Source of the DNA: Dehalococcoidia bacterium
GTDB lineage: Bacteria; Chloroflexota; Dehalococcoidia; Lucifugimonadales; UBA1127
DNA length: 64,000 nucleotides
Assembly (NCBI GenBank): GCA_034422455.1
Contig: DAOUJQ010000004.1
Location: 45,737-109,736, forward strand
Reading direction: 5' to 3'
The number at the start of each line of letters is the position of its first letter. The first letter of the stretch is position 1. Shown piece after piece: positions 62,706 to 64,000 of this stretch. The notes beneath the pieces were generated by a model, which did not search any database, was not told the origin of the DNA, and was given only the letters and a program-made list of their open reading frames with translations. The translations under genes were made by a program, and so were the position numbers.

Positions 62706-62795
62706 GGCGCATTCGATTCGGCATTCGCTTTGTAGCTGTTGTGGCACATTTCAGCTACAAAGCGAATTTCACCCGGGGGAAGACAAATCCCGGCC
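62706..62795 (-). repeat. RepH-alpha hairpin element, isolated copy with a perfect 16-bp stem
   Basis: ATTCGCTTTGTAGCTG (62723-62738) pairs with CAGCTACAAAGCGAAT (62752-62767) around a 13-nt loop. The reverse complement aligns along its whole length with 50451-50545. Confidence 0.8.
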
Positions 62796-63014
62796 GTCAC
62801 TTGCGGCACCGCAACCAGTTTTGATGAGCGCCACGCGGCCGCGGGCTGGGCGACAGCGGCGTAGAGGAAGCCGCACTTCTCTTGCTCGATCCCCTTCATT
62901 TTCCCTCTCATGCAGAGAGGGTATCCGGGGGGCTAGCGGGGGCACTACGGGGTGATGGCAGGGGGATCCGGTCAAGCCAAGCGAACGTGGAATGCTAGGC
63001 ACCCGGCCTTCAAT

Positions 63015-63860
63015 TCAGAGCGCAGCCTCCGCAGGCTGCAGAGGCTTGGCCGCAATAACCCGCAGCCGAACGTAATCGGCCACCCACTGGCCATCGCGGT
63101 ACAACCGGGGCCGCAACTCTTCCACGATCGCATCCGCTATCCTGGGGCGTGCCCGAACCGGGACCTTTGCAAAGAAGGCCCCGGCAAACATGTCCAACCA
63201 ACGGGCCAACCCTTCCGAACCTCCGCTCAACGGAGTGGGCCGCGCGAACAACACAGCCATCGAGGCATTGAGTCCATACCGCTTCAACAAGCCTGTATAC
63301 GAAGGGATATCAGGGAAGTACCAAGGGCTTCGCGGACCTGGGTCACCGTACCCGGCATCGGCAATGCACCTGCGGACGGCAGCTACGATTGACTGAACGT
63401 TGCCCTTCCCGCCAAGCTCGGCAACGAGCCTGCCCCCCGGCTTCAACGCCCGGCTGATGCCCGAAACCACGCGCGCAGGAGGGCGCATCCAGTGCAGGGA
63501 CGCGTTGGCAAACACAGCGTCGAACTCGTTGTCGAACGTCATTTCCCGGGCATCCATAACCGCAAAATGGACACCGGGGAAGTTCTGCCGAGCAAGGGCG
63601 ATCATGCCTGCATCGTTGTCGATTCCCGTTACTGCGCCGCCCGCTTCCGCAATGGCCGACGTCAACTGGCCCGTGCCGCAACCGATGTCCAGGACCCTCT
63701 CACCCTGGGCCGGGGCGAGCACCGCCAACAGGTCTGTGACGAACTCCCAGACGAAGGAAAAGTTGGTGTTGTAGCCCTCGGCATCCCAGGCACCACCACC
63801 CGACGCTTGGGGGCGGCCGTCCTTCATGCCCGATCCCGTGCCGATGCGCTCTTCAGTCAA
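63015..63860 (-). CDS. Class I SAM-dependent methyltransferase (trans-aconitate-methyltransferase-like)
   Basis: 281-aa ORF with SAM motif VLDIGCGTGQLT plus FDAVFANASLHWM and LKPGGRLV. Confidence 0.85.
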   Translation of the reverse strand: MTEERIGTGSGMKDGRPQASGGGAWDAEGYNTNFSFVWEFVTDLLAVLAPAQGERVLDIGCGTGQLTSAIAEAGGAVTGIDNDAGMIALARQNFPGVHFAVMDAREMTFDNEFDAVFANASLHWMRPPARVVSGISRALKPGGRLVAELGGKGNVQSIVAAVRRCIADAGYGDPGPRSPWYFPDIPSYTGLLKRYGLNASMAVLFARPTPLSGGSEGLARWLDMFAGAFFAKVPVRARPRIADAIVEELRPRLYRDGQWVADYVRLRVIAAKPLQPAEAAL

Positions 63861-63928
63861 GACGGGGACCCCACCTTTGCTCGATGTAGTTTGACGCGAT
63901 CAGGGAACGGGGTGATGCGCCGGGCAGG

Positions 63929-64000
63929 TCAGGCTGCGCACTGGTTGCAGGGGCAGACCTCGCGCATAGCGTCGAAGGGGTAGATGCCGGTGTAGTGGGC
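63929..64000 (-). CDS. C-terminal end of an unidentified gene running off the window
   Basis: The reverse frame reads ...AHYTGIYPFDAMREVCPCNQCAA-stop. Only 23 codons are visible. Confidence 0.3.
   Translation of the reverse strand, partial: AHYTGIYPFDAMREVCPCNQCAA

Noticed and set aside
62627-63014. Hidden gene or riboswitch in the 388-bp gap between the DinB-like and methyltransferase genes
   Set aside because: No ORF has a plausible start or composition, and I recognise no riboswitch core. The only clear structures are a GC-rich 6-bp hairpin just after 62626, the RepH copy, and a 7-bp hairpin (CCCTCTC-ATGCA-GAGAGGG) near 62900 that has no T tract.

Overview
High-GC bacterial chromosomal segment. 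Hand counts on sampled 60-nt lines give about 62-70% GC over most of the window. Two regions are lower: about 47-55% across 8.0-12.3 kb, and about 55-58% in the large gene at 46.7-50.1 kb. I call about 55 protein genes and 5 tRNAs, all with an encoded CCA. I see no rRNA, CRISPR array, cas gene, transposase or integrase. The gene content (many Rieske oxygenase paralogs, an enolase-superfamily enzyme, an MFS transporter, HspR-type heat-shock genes, a large surface protein) and the dense GC-rich intergenic repeats suggest a Chloroflexota-like organism, possibly SAR202-type. That placement is low-confidence inference.

Gene blocks in order:
- Three tandem Rieske oxygenase genes.
- tRNA-Pro, ffh, sbcC plus a P-loop NTPase, tRNA-Gln.
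- A lower-GC cluster: Rieske oxygenase, GPP34-cytochrome P450 fusion, ERG6-type sterol C-24 methyltransferase, MMPL/RND transporter.
- An orphan OppD-type ATPase, a fourth Rieske paralog and a Zn-dependent alcohol dehydrogenase.
- A def-cca-secD-secF operon.
- hsp20 divergent from dnaJ-hspR-clpB.
- A cyclase and a ThDP enzyme.
- A 12-gene co-directional string: polyprenyl synthase, hpnG-like, hpnC, hpnD, hpnE, Nudix, 2-hydroxyacid dehydrogenase, FGGY kinase, class II aldolase, hypothetical protein, epimerase, UbiE-like methyltransferase.
- DUF362 and a 1119-aa secreted surface protein.
- A CI/Cro-like switch beside tRNA-Leu and tRNA-Glu.
- A FAD oxidoreductase, LprG-like lipoprotein plus MFS, and an enolase-superfamily enzyme.
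- comEA-MBL-comEC.

Most notable observations:
- The sterol-methyltransferase cluster.
- A hairpin repeat family (RepH) with compensatory stem changes, including a 3-copy array whose 41-nt core is identical in all copies.
- An inverted segmental duplication that carries a gene 3' end.
- A CI-like repressor whose S24 catalytic Ser and Lys are both substituted.

Many long ORFs in the six-frame track are antisense artefacts of the high GC content.
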